A stretch of 64,000 nt of DNA from the NCBI GenBank assembly GCA_033442325.1, contig JAWQFM010000005.1, forward strand, positions 2,138,313 through 2,202,312. Direction: 5' to 3'. Made by a program: the position numbers and the translations under genes. The first letter of the stretch is position 1. Each line of letters begins with the position of its first letter. The notes below the pieces were generated by a model. That model searched no databases. It saw only the letters and a program-made list of their open reading frames with translations, and was not told where the DNA came from. Positions 11,614 through 38,575 of the stretch are shown here, piece after piece. Origin of the DNA: Salpingoeca rosetta (Eukaryota > Protista > Choanoflagellata).

Positions 11614-12796
11614 TGCGCGCAGCCATCTTTGGGGTGTGGGGGGGGGGGTGTGGGGGACGCGGGTGTGATGTGATCTGCCATAACCAAGGCACATGTTGTG
11701 ATGGAGAGTGATGGCGTCAGTTTGTGATGGTTGATGTAAACGACTTGACGTGGTGGTGAAATGAATGTGTCCTGTGGTGTGGTGTGTGGTTGACAAGTGA
11801 TGGTCGTGTGGGGTTTGACCGCGATGTGTAGCAGTGACTTTTGTGTTTGATCGAACCAGACAGCGATATATTTCTCGTTTTGCTGATTATTGTATTGCTC
11901 CTCTTCTCTCCCTTGTGGCCGTACTCTTCTTCTCTGTTTGTTGGCTTGTTTGCATGTGTTTTGTCTCTTTGCTTGCGTGTGTTTGTTTGTTTATTTGTTT
12001 GTTTGTTTGTGTGTGTGTGTGTGTGTTGTGTCTTGTTTGTTTGTTTTGTTGACTCGTTCGCTGTGGAGGGAAGACCCGAGCTTGTAGCTTACATTATCGT
12101 AATTGACAGCCTTGATTGACATGCGAAGCTCTGTTGCTCTTCTCCTTTTCTTTCTTCTTTTCCCTTGTTCTTTTTCCCTGCTTTCCCCCTTCTTGCTCAC
12201 TTGCTTGCCTGCTTGCTCGTTGTCTTGCCGCCGCCACCGCTGTTGCGCGGGTGTTTGCGCGCAACAAGCCAACAAGCCAAGAAGTACACAGCTAGCTAGC
12301 TGATTGTGAGTTTACAGTTCATGCGTGCGGCGTGAGTGGGTGGACTCCAAACACGTGAACACGATGTGACATATGACATGCATGATGTGTGTGACACAAC
12401 AGGCAGGACGACACACGCAAACAACCAAACCACGTGAGGTCAATTTTTACCTTTGACCTGGAAAGCAATTTTGACTTTGCCCTTGACGCACACAAACAAA
12501 CGCAAACGCAAAAACGAACAACAGCCAAACATCCAAACAACCACCACCATCCCCCTCGCGACCGACCTTGCCCTCGCTTGCGTGCCATATCCATCCATCT
12601 CCCCTGGCTTGTTGTTGGCTACTTGATCCTACCACCACCACCACCACCACCCACTGTACAGCAAGAGAAACTCGGATCATTGCTGTGCCGCTGCTCCTTT
12701 GATTGTCTCGGTCTCTCTGATTTGTGTTATTGTTGGCGTGCGGAGATCACCGTCGTTCTTTGTTTGTTGTGTGCGCCCCGACGACTGACTGCCACG

Positions 12797-14776
<1,980 letters not shown>

Positions 14777-15460
14777 TGACTTGGTGTGTAGAGTGACCGT
14801 GTTGTTTGTGCATGTGCTGTTTGTGTGCTTGGTATACTGTACTTTCTTCCTCCTGAGTAGTTGCTGCTGTTTACTGCATGTTCCCGTCTGCTTTGTTGCT
14901 TCCTTGCTTGTGTGTGTGTGTGTGTGGTGTGTATGGTGCATCAGTGTGATAATCCTTGTCTGGGACGCACGTGATGCATTGCCCTTTGTCGTCATTGACC
15001 GTCTGTTGTTGACTGTTGTCGTCTGTCATCGTTTGTTGCCGTTTGTGGCGCTGCCTGTGAAGCGAATGCCGCCACCACCACAACACGCGCACGCCCACAT
15101 CTCTTGATTGACAAAGCATTTCTGTCTTCACATGCTGCTTTCTGGCTCTTGGCAGTCCCACACTGCCCACGCGAGCACATAAAGAAAGCCAATCGGACAT
15201 GTGTGTCTGTCTGTGTGTGTGTCTGTCTGTCTGTCTGTCTGAATAATGACTCTGTAATGTGGAGAAGATGGCGCGAATTTACAACGTGGTCGTGTGCAAA
15301 CCCTCACTCCCTCAAACCTGAACCTTCCGACTACTCATCCAACACTCACTTTCCCGCCAAACTTCTTTACCTCCCTGCACTGCTTCAAGGACACGCGCAC
15401 GCACAAACACACATACATACATACACAAACGCACACGCACACTCCAGCACACCCTTCTTC

Positions 15461-17653
15461 ATGGCCCGCAGACTCAACTTTGAAAGATCGCTCACGCCAA
15501 GCGTGACTTACGAACGCCAGAGGAGCTGTCACGACCATGGTCATGAAGAGGCAGCTGAATTCCTTGGTTCAAGCGGGACCCTGCACCCTGAGCGCACGGA
15601 TGCTGAGGGGACACGCAACAAGCGCACAAAGAATGACAGCAGCAACAATAGCAGCGACGAAAGCGCACATGCACGCCATGCAGCTAGCCCAGCTGCTTTT
15701 GCCACGCCGACTGGGAAAGGGACCGGAGCGACTGAGCCAGCAACTCCAACAAACAACTCTCTGGCAATGTTCAACTTCAAGCAGCAGCAACAAGACCAGC
15801 AGCTGTTGCTACCGCTGCCGAAAGGGAAGATGCCTTCCCTGCCTGTCTCGCTCACAGCTGTGCGAGCCCGAAACGACACCAGAAGCCGCAGCAACAACAT
15901 CGCAGACAAGAGCCACAACAACAGCACGAACAGCAGCAGCCGTAATTCCGCCGACAGCAGTGACGGCGGCAGTGGCAACAGCAGCAGGTCTGCAACTTCA
16001 AAGGCTTCAACACTCCCATTGCTGGCGAGTGGAAGCAGCGTCACCTCAAGAACACCAGCATCCCCTTCGGGATCTACAGACCTGGTCAGCAGCGCACGAG
16101 GAAGCAGCTTGCATGTACCTACTGGTGCGAACACCAGGCTGCCACCAAGCTCGCCTTCAATGAACAAGCAATCCACCGGCTACGAAGAAGAGCTGGTACA
16201 GCGGCGCCTCCCTGCCGAGGTTGCACTCCGACCCAGCTCGCCCGCCACCCTCCGCCAGTACGCCTTGCCCCTTCGGACACACCCACAGCTGCAGCTACAA
16301 CAGGCCTTCGGCGCAGTGCAAGAAGAAGAGTACGATCAACAGAATCAACAGCAGGGGTTCGAGGAGCAGCCATCAGGAACGGCGACAAGAACATACCCAG
16401 GGTTGGATGTGTACGGCTCTCACCAACTGGCTCAAGTGACCCCACTAACGACAAAGCCACCAGCACCACAGGCAACGTCCCCACTGCCGGTGTCCTCAAC
16501 TGCGGCAGCTATGACAAGTTACGCGCCCCAACACTCGCACATGTACCATCAGTTGCATCACCAGCAGTGCCAACACTATCCAACCCACAGCTCAGCCTCG
16601 ATGCACTATGATCTTCAGCAGCACACGCCACTGCCTCCTACTCACTTCCCAGCGGCGTGGCCTGCAGAGGAACCACTGCAGCACCTCCACACCATCGGTC
16701 AGTTGTGTTTGCTTGCAAGCACTTGATGCTGCAATGTGCAACAGCACAGGGTGCCACGGCGCGCCAGGGTGGTGCAAATCTGCTCTACACGTTCAGCACA
16801 TCCCCTCAACACGTACACTTTCAGTGCCCTGCCACACAGCCCTCATCGAGTCATTGAGCCATTGAGTCATCCTGCCCGTGCTTCTCTCTTGCGGTCTACT
16901 TGCCACGTTGTACAGATGAGATCGCGGCATCCGAGATTCAAGACATTCTCTACAAGCTGCACTTGCAACACATTTCCTTGCTGGCACAGCTGAGACAGCA
17001 GGAGGAGGCCCACCGCCAGCATCACTGGCCTCTGTCTTCGTCATCAACGAGACATGACAGGTAAGCCCTCAAGCGTGATGAAGAATGCGAATAAGTGCTG
17101 CGTGTGCGTGTGTGCGTGTGTGTGCGTGTGTGTGCGTGTGTGTGCATGTGGTGCGGGTGTTGGTGTGCATGTGGTGCGTGTGTTGGTGCTTTGGTGGGTG
17201 CATGCATGCGCACAAGGGCTCGCACAAGGGCTTGCATGAGCACGTTGTGTGTGCGGTAGCCTTTGTAAAATCTATCTGTGCGGCGGCGTGCCAGTGACAT
17301 GGCTTGTCCAACTCTGAAACTGGCTCTTGGCAGACCTGGGCCGACATTGTCCTTTGGCATGCAGCCTGCAGCCTCCACCTCCGATGCAGACGTCGAGTGT
17401 GCGCTTAGGATTCTCAACATGACGCAGGTGGGCGTGTGTTCGGCTGTGGAAAGCTGCCAACAACGCAAGATGTTGTAACACTTTGTGTTCTTGTGCTCTT
17501 CGCGTGTGTGTCATTTCCTCATTCGGTCCTCTGGGCGTTTCTGTCTCTTGCTCTCTTGCTCTCTTGCTTCTTTTGTTACGACAGGAGCTCGTGTGCGCCG
17601 TGCTGTCGTCGTCTCACACATTCACATTTGACCAAGGCAAAGACGAACACTAA
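15461..17653 (+). CDS. Hypothetical low-complexity (S/Q/P-rich) protein, ~4 exons
   Basis: Long non-repeat ORF from MARRLNFERS to donor ~16697, plus phase-compatible downstream exons ending ELVCAVLSSSHTFTFDQGKDEH*. No recognisable domain. Confidence 0.5.
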
Positions 17654-17971
17654 GGGGGTGCGGGTTGTGGTGGGGAAGGAACGGGGTGTACTCGTGCTTG
17701 CATGCAAGCAAGGTTCCGCAGGTATGCTGGTCGTGTTAACGAAGGAGATTGCTGCCTGGTGACTTCCTAACTGGCTTGCTGGCTTGCTGGTTTGTTGGCT
17801 CCTGGAAAAGGCGTGTCTGCCACAACACACTGAAAAGAAGAAAAGAAGAACGAAAGAATTGATGTGAATCCACCACAAACACACGCACACGCAGCACATA
17901 CACACACATCCCAAGACACACGCACACACTCACACACAGACATCCAAAGACACACCTACGCGCGCGCACAC

Positions 17972-18007
<36 letters not shown>

Positions 18008-18499
18008 ACAGCACACAGCACACAGACAGCACCGCACGCAACAACACAGTTCAAATCTTTTGCGCCACTCATTTCCTTGTTTTGGTTTTTTCCTTGTGCG
18101 CTTTGCTTGTTGTTGCGCGTTGTGTTTGGTTGGTGGGTGCGTATTTCTCCCATCGCTGGCTGTCGTGCCGGTCTTGTGTTGTCGCCACCAAACATCAAGT
18201 GCGGAGACAGACACACAACACCGCGGGCGTGGCGATCGGACAATCCTATTGAGCAGCAGCAGCAGCCTTCTGTGTTGTGTGACGCACCAGCAACACTCGT
18301 GGACAGGCAGCTGCCTGTGCTATCTTGCACGTCACAGTCTCAATCTAACGGCTTCCAGCAACAACCGACCGACCGACACACACAGAGGACACAAGCCTTT
18401 GCACTTTTGCATGCGGCCCAACCACTCCGCACAGGACAGTTGCAGTGACTGAGTGGCAGTGGCAGTGGCCGTCATACTGGCAACACTGCCACCAGTGGC

Positions 18500-29503
<11,004 letters not shown>

Positions 29504-29851
29504 GTCGTTTGTATTGTATTATGAGTGTTTGTGTGTTTGTGTGCGTGCGTGCGTGCGTGCGTGTGTGTGCGTGTGTGTGTTTGTGTGTGTGTGCGTGTGT
29601 GTGTTTGTGTGTGTGTGGTGGGAGCAAGCGGGGAAGATTGAAGGGTTGAAGGGCACGTGTGCATGCGCGTTTGTTTTGGCCGTTGGCAGTGCCAAGTTAC
29701 AAGCGCACACGTTCCACAAATAGTCGTAGCATTTATACAGCCCACGTCTGTGATGACATCAACCATAAGACCATAGAACCACTCGAACAACGCAGCAAGA
29801 TACGCACCGCAGCCAACCGAGCATCTCGTTGTTGTGGCTCTTGCACCCGTC

Positions 29852-29891
<40 letters not shown>

Positions 29892-30418
29892 TTGCGTGGC
29901 CCCTTATGTGCTCACGCTGGCTCATACTGTGGGCTGTGTGTTGGTTTCATTGAAATCGTCATCAATCAAGGAACAGCGCAAGTTTTGGGCTTCAGGGGGG
30001 GGGGGGAGTCAGCCATGCACGGCACGCAAACGAAGAAGCAAGGCCATCGGGGATGGATAACGGAAACAGGTGATGGGGGCACAGCGTGCAGTCAAAACAA
30101 CAACAAAACAACACGCATGGTCAATCACGGAAAGTGGCAAGCAAGCAACAAGCAAGCAAAAACAACAGGTTGTCAGCATAGGAAAACCATGCGTGAGAAA
30201 CAAACGTAGCTGCAGGCAACAGCAAACGACACGCGGCCGTGCGTGTTTCAAAGCACGAGGGCAGAAAAGTTGAAAAAGGAGGAAGAGGGGTGAAAGGGGG
30301 GAAAGGAGAAGGAGAGGGGAAGGGGAGGGGGAACGAGGCCACAAGCAGTGAGGAAGGAACCCCAACAAAAGACAAGCAAGGAGAAAGGCAGAGGGGGGGG
30401 GGGGAAGAACAAAGAGGA

Positions 30419-31870
30419 TCAACGGATGAAGATGGCAAGCGTCATCTGGTTGTGGTTTCCGGTTGGCGGGGCGCAGTTTTCCCAGCGGCAGTCCTGGCCG
30501 CTGCTCTGGCGGTACCGGTCCGTGTCGCAGTTGCTGTGCGGTGGACACGTGTGTGTGTGTGTGTGTGTGAGCAGGCATGGTGATGGAAGGAGGAGCAACG
30601 CAAGCAGGCTTTCTCAGGCTTCAAAAGGTTAACGAGCAAAACACACACACACGCACGCACACACACACACACACACACGCACAGGCAGACAAACAGGCAG
30701 ACAAACAGGCAGACAAACAGGCAGACAAACATACACACACACGCACGCACGCACACACACGCACGCACGCACACACAGGCAGACAAACACACACACATAT
30801 ACACATACAAGACACAAACACGCATACCTACACCCACACACCCACCCCCACACCCACCCACACGCACACGCACACGCACACGCACACACGCACACGCACA
30901 CACACACACCCACACACACACACACACGCACATGCACACGCACACACACACATACAAACACACAAGCACGCACACGCAAACGTCAACGCACCCATTGTAC
31001 TTCTGGGCGTTTGCCTTGTCAAAGGTGATGCCACCAATTGCGTAATCGGTCTGATCTGGAGAGACGGGCTCGGGTGGAATGCCATTCCCGGAGGTGCACC
31101 TGTCCACAAGTTTCGTGCTGGGCGAGTGCAGGATGCCGCCAAGATAGTCCGTGTCGAGCAGGCCGTTGAAGTGCGCCTTGTACGCGTACTGAAGTGCGCC
31201 GTTGTGGTAGGCAGCCGTCATCTGCTCCACCGCGCGCTGCTGCGTCTTGGACGGCGTGTTGCACCACGACAGGTCCAGGCCCGTGCACGGCTGCGATGCC
31301 TGGCTGTAGAATGCCATGTCACCACCAGGGCTGAGCGTGTGCAGGTACTCGTGCAGCCACACCAGCTGCCAGCCACCGCCGTCTGTGTCCATGTCGCAGT
31401 ATGCCTGCACCAGGCCCGTTGGCGTGTCCAGCCAGTATGTGCCCGTGGGCATGTTGAACAGCGACTTGAGGGTGAAGCAGTCTGACCCAGGGTTGCTGCG
31501 CGTGCCGTTTCCACCGCGGCTGATCTTGTTGCGCATGTCGCAGTAGACCAGCGGCACGGGCTCCACTGTCCCGACGTAGTACATACCGGACGACGCATCC
31601 GGTGAAACCTTCTTGATGCTCGCACACGACGGCGCCGCGCAGTCCTGGCTGTGGCCGCGGTCCTGCGCCTCGCACCCACGCGTGGTGATGGACACAAACT
31701 CCGAGCCGTCGCACATCACCACGCGTGTGTGCTCGTCGTCAAACAGAATGCGCCCCTTGTTGGCGTCATTGCACTCAAACGGCCTCGTGCTCAGTTGCCA
31801 TACGGCAGGTTGTGCGCAACGTGGATGAGCTGAACCTCCTCGCGCGCTGAATTCAGTCAAATCACCATCA
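30419..31870 (-). CDS. Fibrinogen-related domain (FReD/intelectin-like) protein; 5' end uncertain
   Basis: Two units: APSCASIKKVSPDASSGMYY..VYCDM and DCFTLK..TGTYWLD..AYCDMDTDGGGWQLVW. Last exon 30533-30419 ends QMTLAIFIR*. Intron 30534-30991. Confidence 0.75.
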
Positions 31871-31876
31871 TGACTC

Positions 31877-32012
<136 letters not shown>

Positions 32013-32429
32013 TTGTCTCTCTTGACACGACGCGAACGCCGCACGTGTCGCGCAACCATCGTGTGTATTGGCGTGGCAAGCGCCCCACATGTTTCAAGCA
32101 CACCGGGCCAAAACACCGCCCGCCGTCAATATAAAGGCAACGGAAGGTGACGCGATAGAGCAAGCATGGGAAGAACAGAGACGAGAAATACGATAACAAA
32201 TTGGGGCGGGGCACAAGCACATGCATGCATGCAAGCACGCAAGCACACACGAAAATAAACGATGCACGTGAAGAAGTCACATATCACATGTCGCACGTCA
32301 CCAAAGAAACAGCAATGGTCACGGCAGCGCACTCTCTCAGCGACTGGACGCACGCGCAACACGCACATGCACGGCGCGAATAACGATGCACTTAGGTGGA
32401 GCGGTGCGCGGTTAAATGTGTGGATGACG

Positions 32430-32877
32430 CTATCTGGTGAAGAGGGAGAAGAGGGTGCGCACATCTGTGGCGAGACCCAGTTGCAAGAGAAAGTCGGCCA
32501 CAGCCTCGGCCTCCTTACAGTTTCCGGCAAAGAACTCGTTCACCTGCTCCTCAGAGAGTTTGTGCTGCTCCCAGCCGCGCCAGCCTTGCATCAGGCACTG
32601 CTTGCACTGGTTGACAATGTTATCACCGCGTGCGCTAAGGTACTCGAAGATGCGACGGCCAACAGGCTTTGGGTCTGCACGGCGCAGCGCCTGCACCTCA
32701 TCGCTCAGCTTGCGGCGGTGGTTTGACGCCGGGCGCACCATCGCCGTCGCTTCTTGCCCTTGCTGCTGCTGCTGCTGCTGCTGTTGTTGTTCTTCGTGCT
32801 GCTGCTGTTGTTGTTGTTGTTGTTGTTGTTGTGCTTCTTCTTCTTGCCCTTGCTGCTGCTGTTCTTCTTGCTGTTGC

Positions 32878-32914
<37 letters not shown>

Positions 32915-34705
32915 CCTGCTGTTCTTCTTGCCCTTGCTGCTGCTGCTGTTGCTCCTCTTGCTGTTGTTGCGCGTCCTTGTGCGAGGGTGTTGCTTCGTGA
33001 GGGCGGTGCGCTGGCGTTTCCTGCCCCTGCTGTGAGTGAGCTGTCTGCACCGTGCTGGTCTGTGGAGCCAATTCGTGGGCGTGCTTCCTCTCCCCATGCG
33101 TTGGATGGCGCGTTTCTTGTGCTGCTCGTTCCTGCAGCGCGCTTGCCGCTGGTGTGTCGTTGTCGGCCGTGCCCTGCAGCTGTGCAATGCACCTGCACGT
33201 CAGCGTGCTTGACAGCAGCTGCCTCCTCTGTGTCGACATGGCCCGCGTAGGGGTGCCGTCGCTGCCGCCAACCAGTGTGACGCGCGCCTCCTTGTCAGCG
33301 TCGCATGCAGGGGAGGGCGGCGCCACGTGCTGGTCCTGGTGTGGTGGGGTCGCAGCTGTGAAAACCGCACCACCATCAACATCACCATCAGCACCATGAC
33401 CGCCAGCAGCAACGGCAGTTGGTGACGGCATGAGCAATGTGCACGAGCCCGATGTGGATGTGCACGCGGAGGTGGATGGAGACGGCAGCGGGGAGAGTGA
33501 ATCGGATGATGATGATGGCGATATGGAAGCCGTAGTGCACGTCGAGCACGTGGACGTGGTTGACGATGACGGGCTGATGGTTGGGGCACTGTCCCGCTGC
33601 GTGTCAGCACAAGTCGTTGTGGTCCCTGCAGGAGGGGCTGCTGTTGTGCTGTAGCCGAGCAGCTTGAGGAGGCCCATGCGTGCAAGCAAGGTGCATTTTG
33701 CAAACACGGGCGCCCAGCGGCCGATGGCCGGTACGCGGTTGTGCTGCATGGTGTGGCGCAAACATGTTGTGAAGGCAAGGAAGGTGTGTGTGTGTGTGGT
33801 GGGGGTGAGACAAAGGAAATGGTGTATTCGCGATTGTGCGTGTGCAAAGATGCGTGCATGAAGACATGTGTGCATGCAAAGCGAGCATGTGTGTGTGTGC
33901 GTGTGTGCGTGTGTGTGTGTGCGTGTGTGCGTGTGTGCGTGTGTGTGCATGCAAGCACGGGCAGAGAAAAACGCACCACCACGTTGTGCATGGCGACGTG
34001 GTCAATGCCGAGGGCTTCCGCCACTTCGTCTTCGCTCTTGCCGGAGAGCTTGAGGAGCTTGGCGATGTTGGGTGGTGGCGGTCCGTCCGGCACGCGGAGT
34101 GGCTGTGATGATGACGATGACGATGACGATGATTGTGCGGTTGTGGGCCTGGTTGGCCTGGGAACAATGCTGCTGTGGTGGGCGGTGGTGATAGTGGTGG
34201 TGGTCGCTGTTGATGATGATGAGCTGCGACGGCCGCGGTGGCGGTGGCGCCGATTCAAGCAGTGCGCGTGGTGGTGCAGGCGCGGGGTGGCAGTCGGCAG
34301 CGCCGTCGGCGCGAACGTCGGTGACTGCTGTGGCGACTCCTGTGACGACTCCTGTGACGAGGAGACCGACGATGAAGAGGACGAAGATGAGGAGCAAGAG
34401 GAAGAGGTGCGCGCGGCAAAGGGCGGCGTATCGTGTGCCGTCTCACTTGTTTTTGCCAGCGGGCTTGTTGCCTTGGTCCTGGAGTGCCTCTTGTAGGCGC
34501 GGCCTGTGCTTGTGTTGGTGGTGTTGCCCGTGTTGACGGTGGTGGGGGTGATGTTGATGGGGGTCATGGGGGTCTTGGTATCGCGCACAGTCACGCCCGG
34601 CGTTGCTGCTGTGGCTGTGGTGGTGGCGGTGGCTGTGCCTCCGCCTAGAGGTGGTGGCCTTGGTTCAGATGGGTCGAGGGACGCCATGGCTGTGTTGGCT
34701 GTCAT
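32430..34705 (-). CDS. Hypothetical T/S/Q-rich protein (exons ~34705-33977 and 33743-32430; 3' end may be spliced further)
   Basis: Two long non-dinucleotide ORFs joined by a phase-0 GT-AG intron. Small helical C-terminal region (RIFEYLSARG..VADFLLQLG). No recognised domain. Confidence 0.55.
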
Positions 34706-36247
34706 GGTTGACGTTGGTGTGTAGGCGTAGAGTGTGGTGGGGGGGGGAAAGGGTGTAAGTGGCGAGGAGAAAACGAAAGAAAGTGTGAAAAGTGCGAGAC
34801 TGTGGAGTGTGGTTGCACACATACACACATGCGTGCGGTGGTGGTGAACAATGACCCAACCAACCAACCAACCAACCGGGCACCTGACACAAGGACACGG
34901 CAGTGATGGATCATGTGTGTGTGTGTGTTTGCGTGTGCGTGTGCGTGTGTGTTGCGTGTTTGCGTGTGCGTGTGTTGTGGAGAAGGAGGAGAACAAGAGG
35001 GTGATTGTTCTCTTGTCTCTATTGCACTGGGGGTGATATATGCAAGTAAGTATGCGTGTGTGGCATGGCTCTAACTGCAGGCTCCAAACCTGGTTGAGAT
35101 GCTTGTGCTTGTGGCTGCTTTGAGTGACGCAGCAAGAGCGATCAACGGCGGTGGCGCTTGGTGTCAACGACGCAGGGACGAGTTCTTGTGTGTGTGTGTG
35201 TGTCTGCTTGACTGTGACGTCTCCTTCACACGCTTCGAGACACACAACAGGAACAACGCCGGGTGTTGTGTGCGTCTGTGTTGGGTCTTGGAGAGACGAG
35301 AGCACGGCCAGATTATGGAAGGGAAGAAAATGAAGGCAGAGGTGCTGCTGAATATATCTGCTGGTATGTATTGCTGATCACCCACCGCCGCAGTGTTGGC
35401 TGGCAGGCAAATCAGTGAGCCGCGTGGTAGCAGTGGTGGTGGTACTGCGCTGTTGGCCACGAGCAACACCAACCGGCCTGGAAGAGATGAGGTACGAAAG
35501 CACGAAGGCTGGCTGGTTGGTGCTGATGCTTCTGGAGAGTGACACACACGAGCAACAAGAAGAGGCGAAGAGAAGCACAGCGAGGACTGCGTGTTTCATG
35601 CGCCGTGTGTGTTGTTGGGAAAGCAACCGCTCCAATCACAAGCGAGCAAGCAAGCAACAAGCAGCAAGAAGCAATCGGCAAATTAATTTTTTTTTGCAAG
35701 CAGCCTGGGCGTTGCGCTTTGCACCACACAAAATGAGATTTCGAAAACAACAGCACAATTCGCAGTGAAATTGGCTGCGCTGCCCGAGCATACAAACCTC
35801 GTTTTCGTTGTTGTTGATGCTGCTCTTCTCTTGCTGCTGCCACCTTTTCTTCAGGCCCCCTATTCTCTCTCACCAGTTGTGTATGCGTGTGTATTTCGAG
35901 TGAGCTGAGCCTTGCACGATGCAGGGGCCCAGGACACTGCACTGCTGAAAACAGAACAGAGAAAACAAAGGAACAGAAGAGAACCGTGCTGTGGAAGCAA
36001 CAGCAGCTCCAGCCGACAACACACAACACAACACACAACACACACACACACACACACACTCTCTCTCTCTCTCTTGCTTAGGGCCGCATATAAGGAATGT
36101 AAAACAAGTGTCATCAGCTGTTAAGGCTCAAATGGAATCAGTTCGCACAGCAAACACCCACGCACCCACACCCACACACACACGCACACGGGAAACACAG
36201 TTCACACCCACGCATCTCTCTCATTGCTTCGCTGCTTTCCTTTCACG

Positions 36248-36643
36248 TCACTGGCGGTGTGGGGAAACCACTGAAAGAGAAGAAACAGCATAGACTGGAC
36301 GTGGCCGGCGAAGACGGAGATGGATTTGCGACTGCTCCCCTTTCTCCTCAGCTTCGTCATCACTGTGTTGTTGCTGCTTCTTGTCCTTTCGTTTCTTCCG
36401 TTTCTGCTGTTGGCAGTTGTGACCATCATCGTGCTGGCTGCTTTTGGTGTCGTTTTCGTCGTTTAGACCTCGATGTGCCTGGCCTAGGTTGGCGATGAGG
36501 GTAACAGCACCGCTGCTGGTGCTGCCGGCTCTGGCGCTGGCACGCCAAGCACCAAGAGCGTCCTCACCCTCCTCGCCATCACCATTATCGTTGTTGTCGT
36601 TGTCGTTGTCGTTGTCGTTGTCCTCCTCCTCCTCCTCGTTACT

Positions 36644-36724
<81 letters not shown>

Positions 36725-38293
36725 GTCATCATCATCATCATCAGCAGCAGCAGCATCGCCGGCACAGGCGTGAGTGCCCCGGTGGCGGCCATGATGACCA
36801 GCGTGTTGGCACAGGCCGCTGTCCACACGCTCCACGGAGGTGCTTGTAAAGCAAAGACGCCCAGCGGCAAGGTCCAGCATTTCAAGCTCAGAGGGGGAGG
36901 CGCGGGCAACGGCACGGGGTGGCGCATCAACGGCCTCTGACTCTGTCACTGTTGGCGCCCTATCCGTCACTGAGGGAGGGCGTGCATCCTGCACGCCAGT
37001 ACTCGGCCATGATCTCACATCCACGGAGACCGACACGCCCTCGTCAACAGGGAGCGACCTGCGCCGCTGTTGGTGTCCTCGCTGTCCTCGCTGTCGGCGC
37101 TGTCGCCGCCGCCGCGTGCTGGTGGTACCCTGTGCAGCGAGCGGTGGCCCACACTGCAGCAAGGACGCCATGACCGCGTCGACCGTCACCTCCTCATCGC
37201 TGCTGCTGCTGCTGCCGCCAATTTCGGCCACGACGCGATGCAGCTGAGCCTCGTCCATGCGAAGAAACGAAGTCTTGCTGAGGGCAACCTCTGATGGACG
37301 GCTGCTGCTGTGGTGTTGGCCGCTGCCACTGCTAACCGTGTCGTTGCGCCCGAGTCCATCGCTGTGACCATGCTGCACATCAGCACCGGCGATGTGGCCA
37401 GGGTTGGCATCCTCGTGTCCACGCTCGACAGTGCTTGGCACCCCGTGCAGGGACGCCATGTCCGGAGCGTCATCGCCGACTCCGCCTTGGCCATGAAGTG
37501 CGGGAAATCGTGCCCTGGGCTGGTTGCTTGCGGCCTGGCCCTCGACTTTGTAATTATCGTGGTCAGCGTCAGCATCGTCATCCTCAGCATCATCCTCGGA
37601 AGCACCGGCAGGCTGGAACGTAGGCCATCTGCTGAAGCAAGGCTTGATTGCCCGAAACAGATTATGCACTGAGCTCAGCCCTGTTCCCCCGCAGCGCAAC
37701 ACGTCGCGCTCGCTTCGGGCGTCCACGAGACGGGGCATGCCTTCGTTGGTGCGGCGGTCTGGCTTGGCGCTGCGCAGGACGGTGAACTTGCGGCCTCGGC
37801 GTGTGCGACGGTGCTTGCCGCGCCTCGCGGGCCAAGACACCCAGCAGCGCAGGCAGGGCTGCCTGATGGGGTCTTGGTTGGGCGCAGGGGTGACTGCTGC
37901 AAGCTCCACACCAATCAAGATGGGCCTGTTCACGCCCGGCTGTTGGTGGAGGCGCAGGTCCACGCCATCCACGCCGCGGGCCCTCAGCCGCACAGCAGTG
38001 TGCTCGCCCCAACTCACGCGCTTCCAGGCAGGGGAGCCCGGGAGATGGACGATGGAGGTGCCTTCGTACGCGCGGATGTAGAGCATTGAATCCACAGGTG
38101 CAGCCCTGCCCTCAGGCCAGTCCACCTTGACCGCCACATATGCCCTTGTCTTCTTCAGCTCCTGCCAAAAAAAAAAAAAGCGCGCACGCATGCATGTATG
38201 TATGTGTGTGTGTGGGTGGGGGGGGAGCAATGAGGAAGGTGGGATCATCCAAACGTGGCATGCAAACATGACTGCAGTTGGAAAGCGAGCAAC

Positions 38294-38370
<77 letters not shown>

Positions 38371-38385
38371 AACAGCAGCAACAGC

Positions 38386-38419
<34 letters not shown>

Positions 38420-38421
38420 GC

Positions 38422-38488
<67 letters not shown>

Positions 38489-38575
38489 CCAACCAACAAC
38501 AACAACAACAACAACGTCGTGACATACCTCGGAAAAGTAATATGGAGTGAAAGTGATTGTTGGGTCGGCGTCCAT
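36248..38575 (-). CDS. Hypothetical protein with N-terminal beta-rich globular domain and acidic/basic low-complexity tail
   Basis: Exon 1 MDADPTITFTPYYFSE (38575-38528), GT-AG intron 38527-38162, long exon from 38161. PolyD tracts and NLS-like KRKKRKDKK. Confidence 0.6.
38297..38515. repeat. Compound (GA)n + (CAA)n intronic microsatellite
   Basis: Direct reading; it explains the poly-Cys/SL read-through in the ORF track. Confidence 0.9.

Noticed and set aside
35378-35635. Small ORF with signal-peptide-like MKHAVLAVLLFASS
   Set aside because: No codon bias or motif support; more likely upstream/UTR sequence of the 34705 gene.
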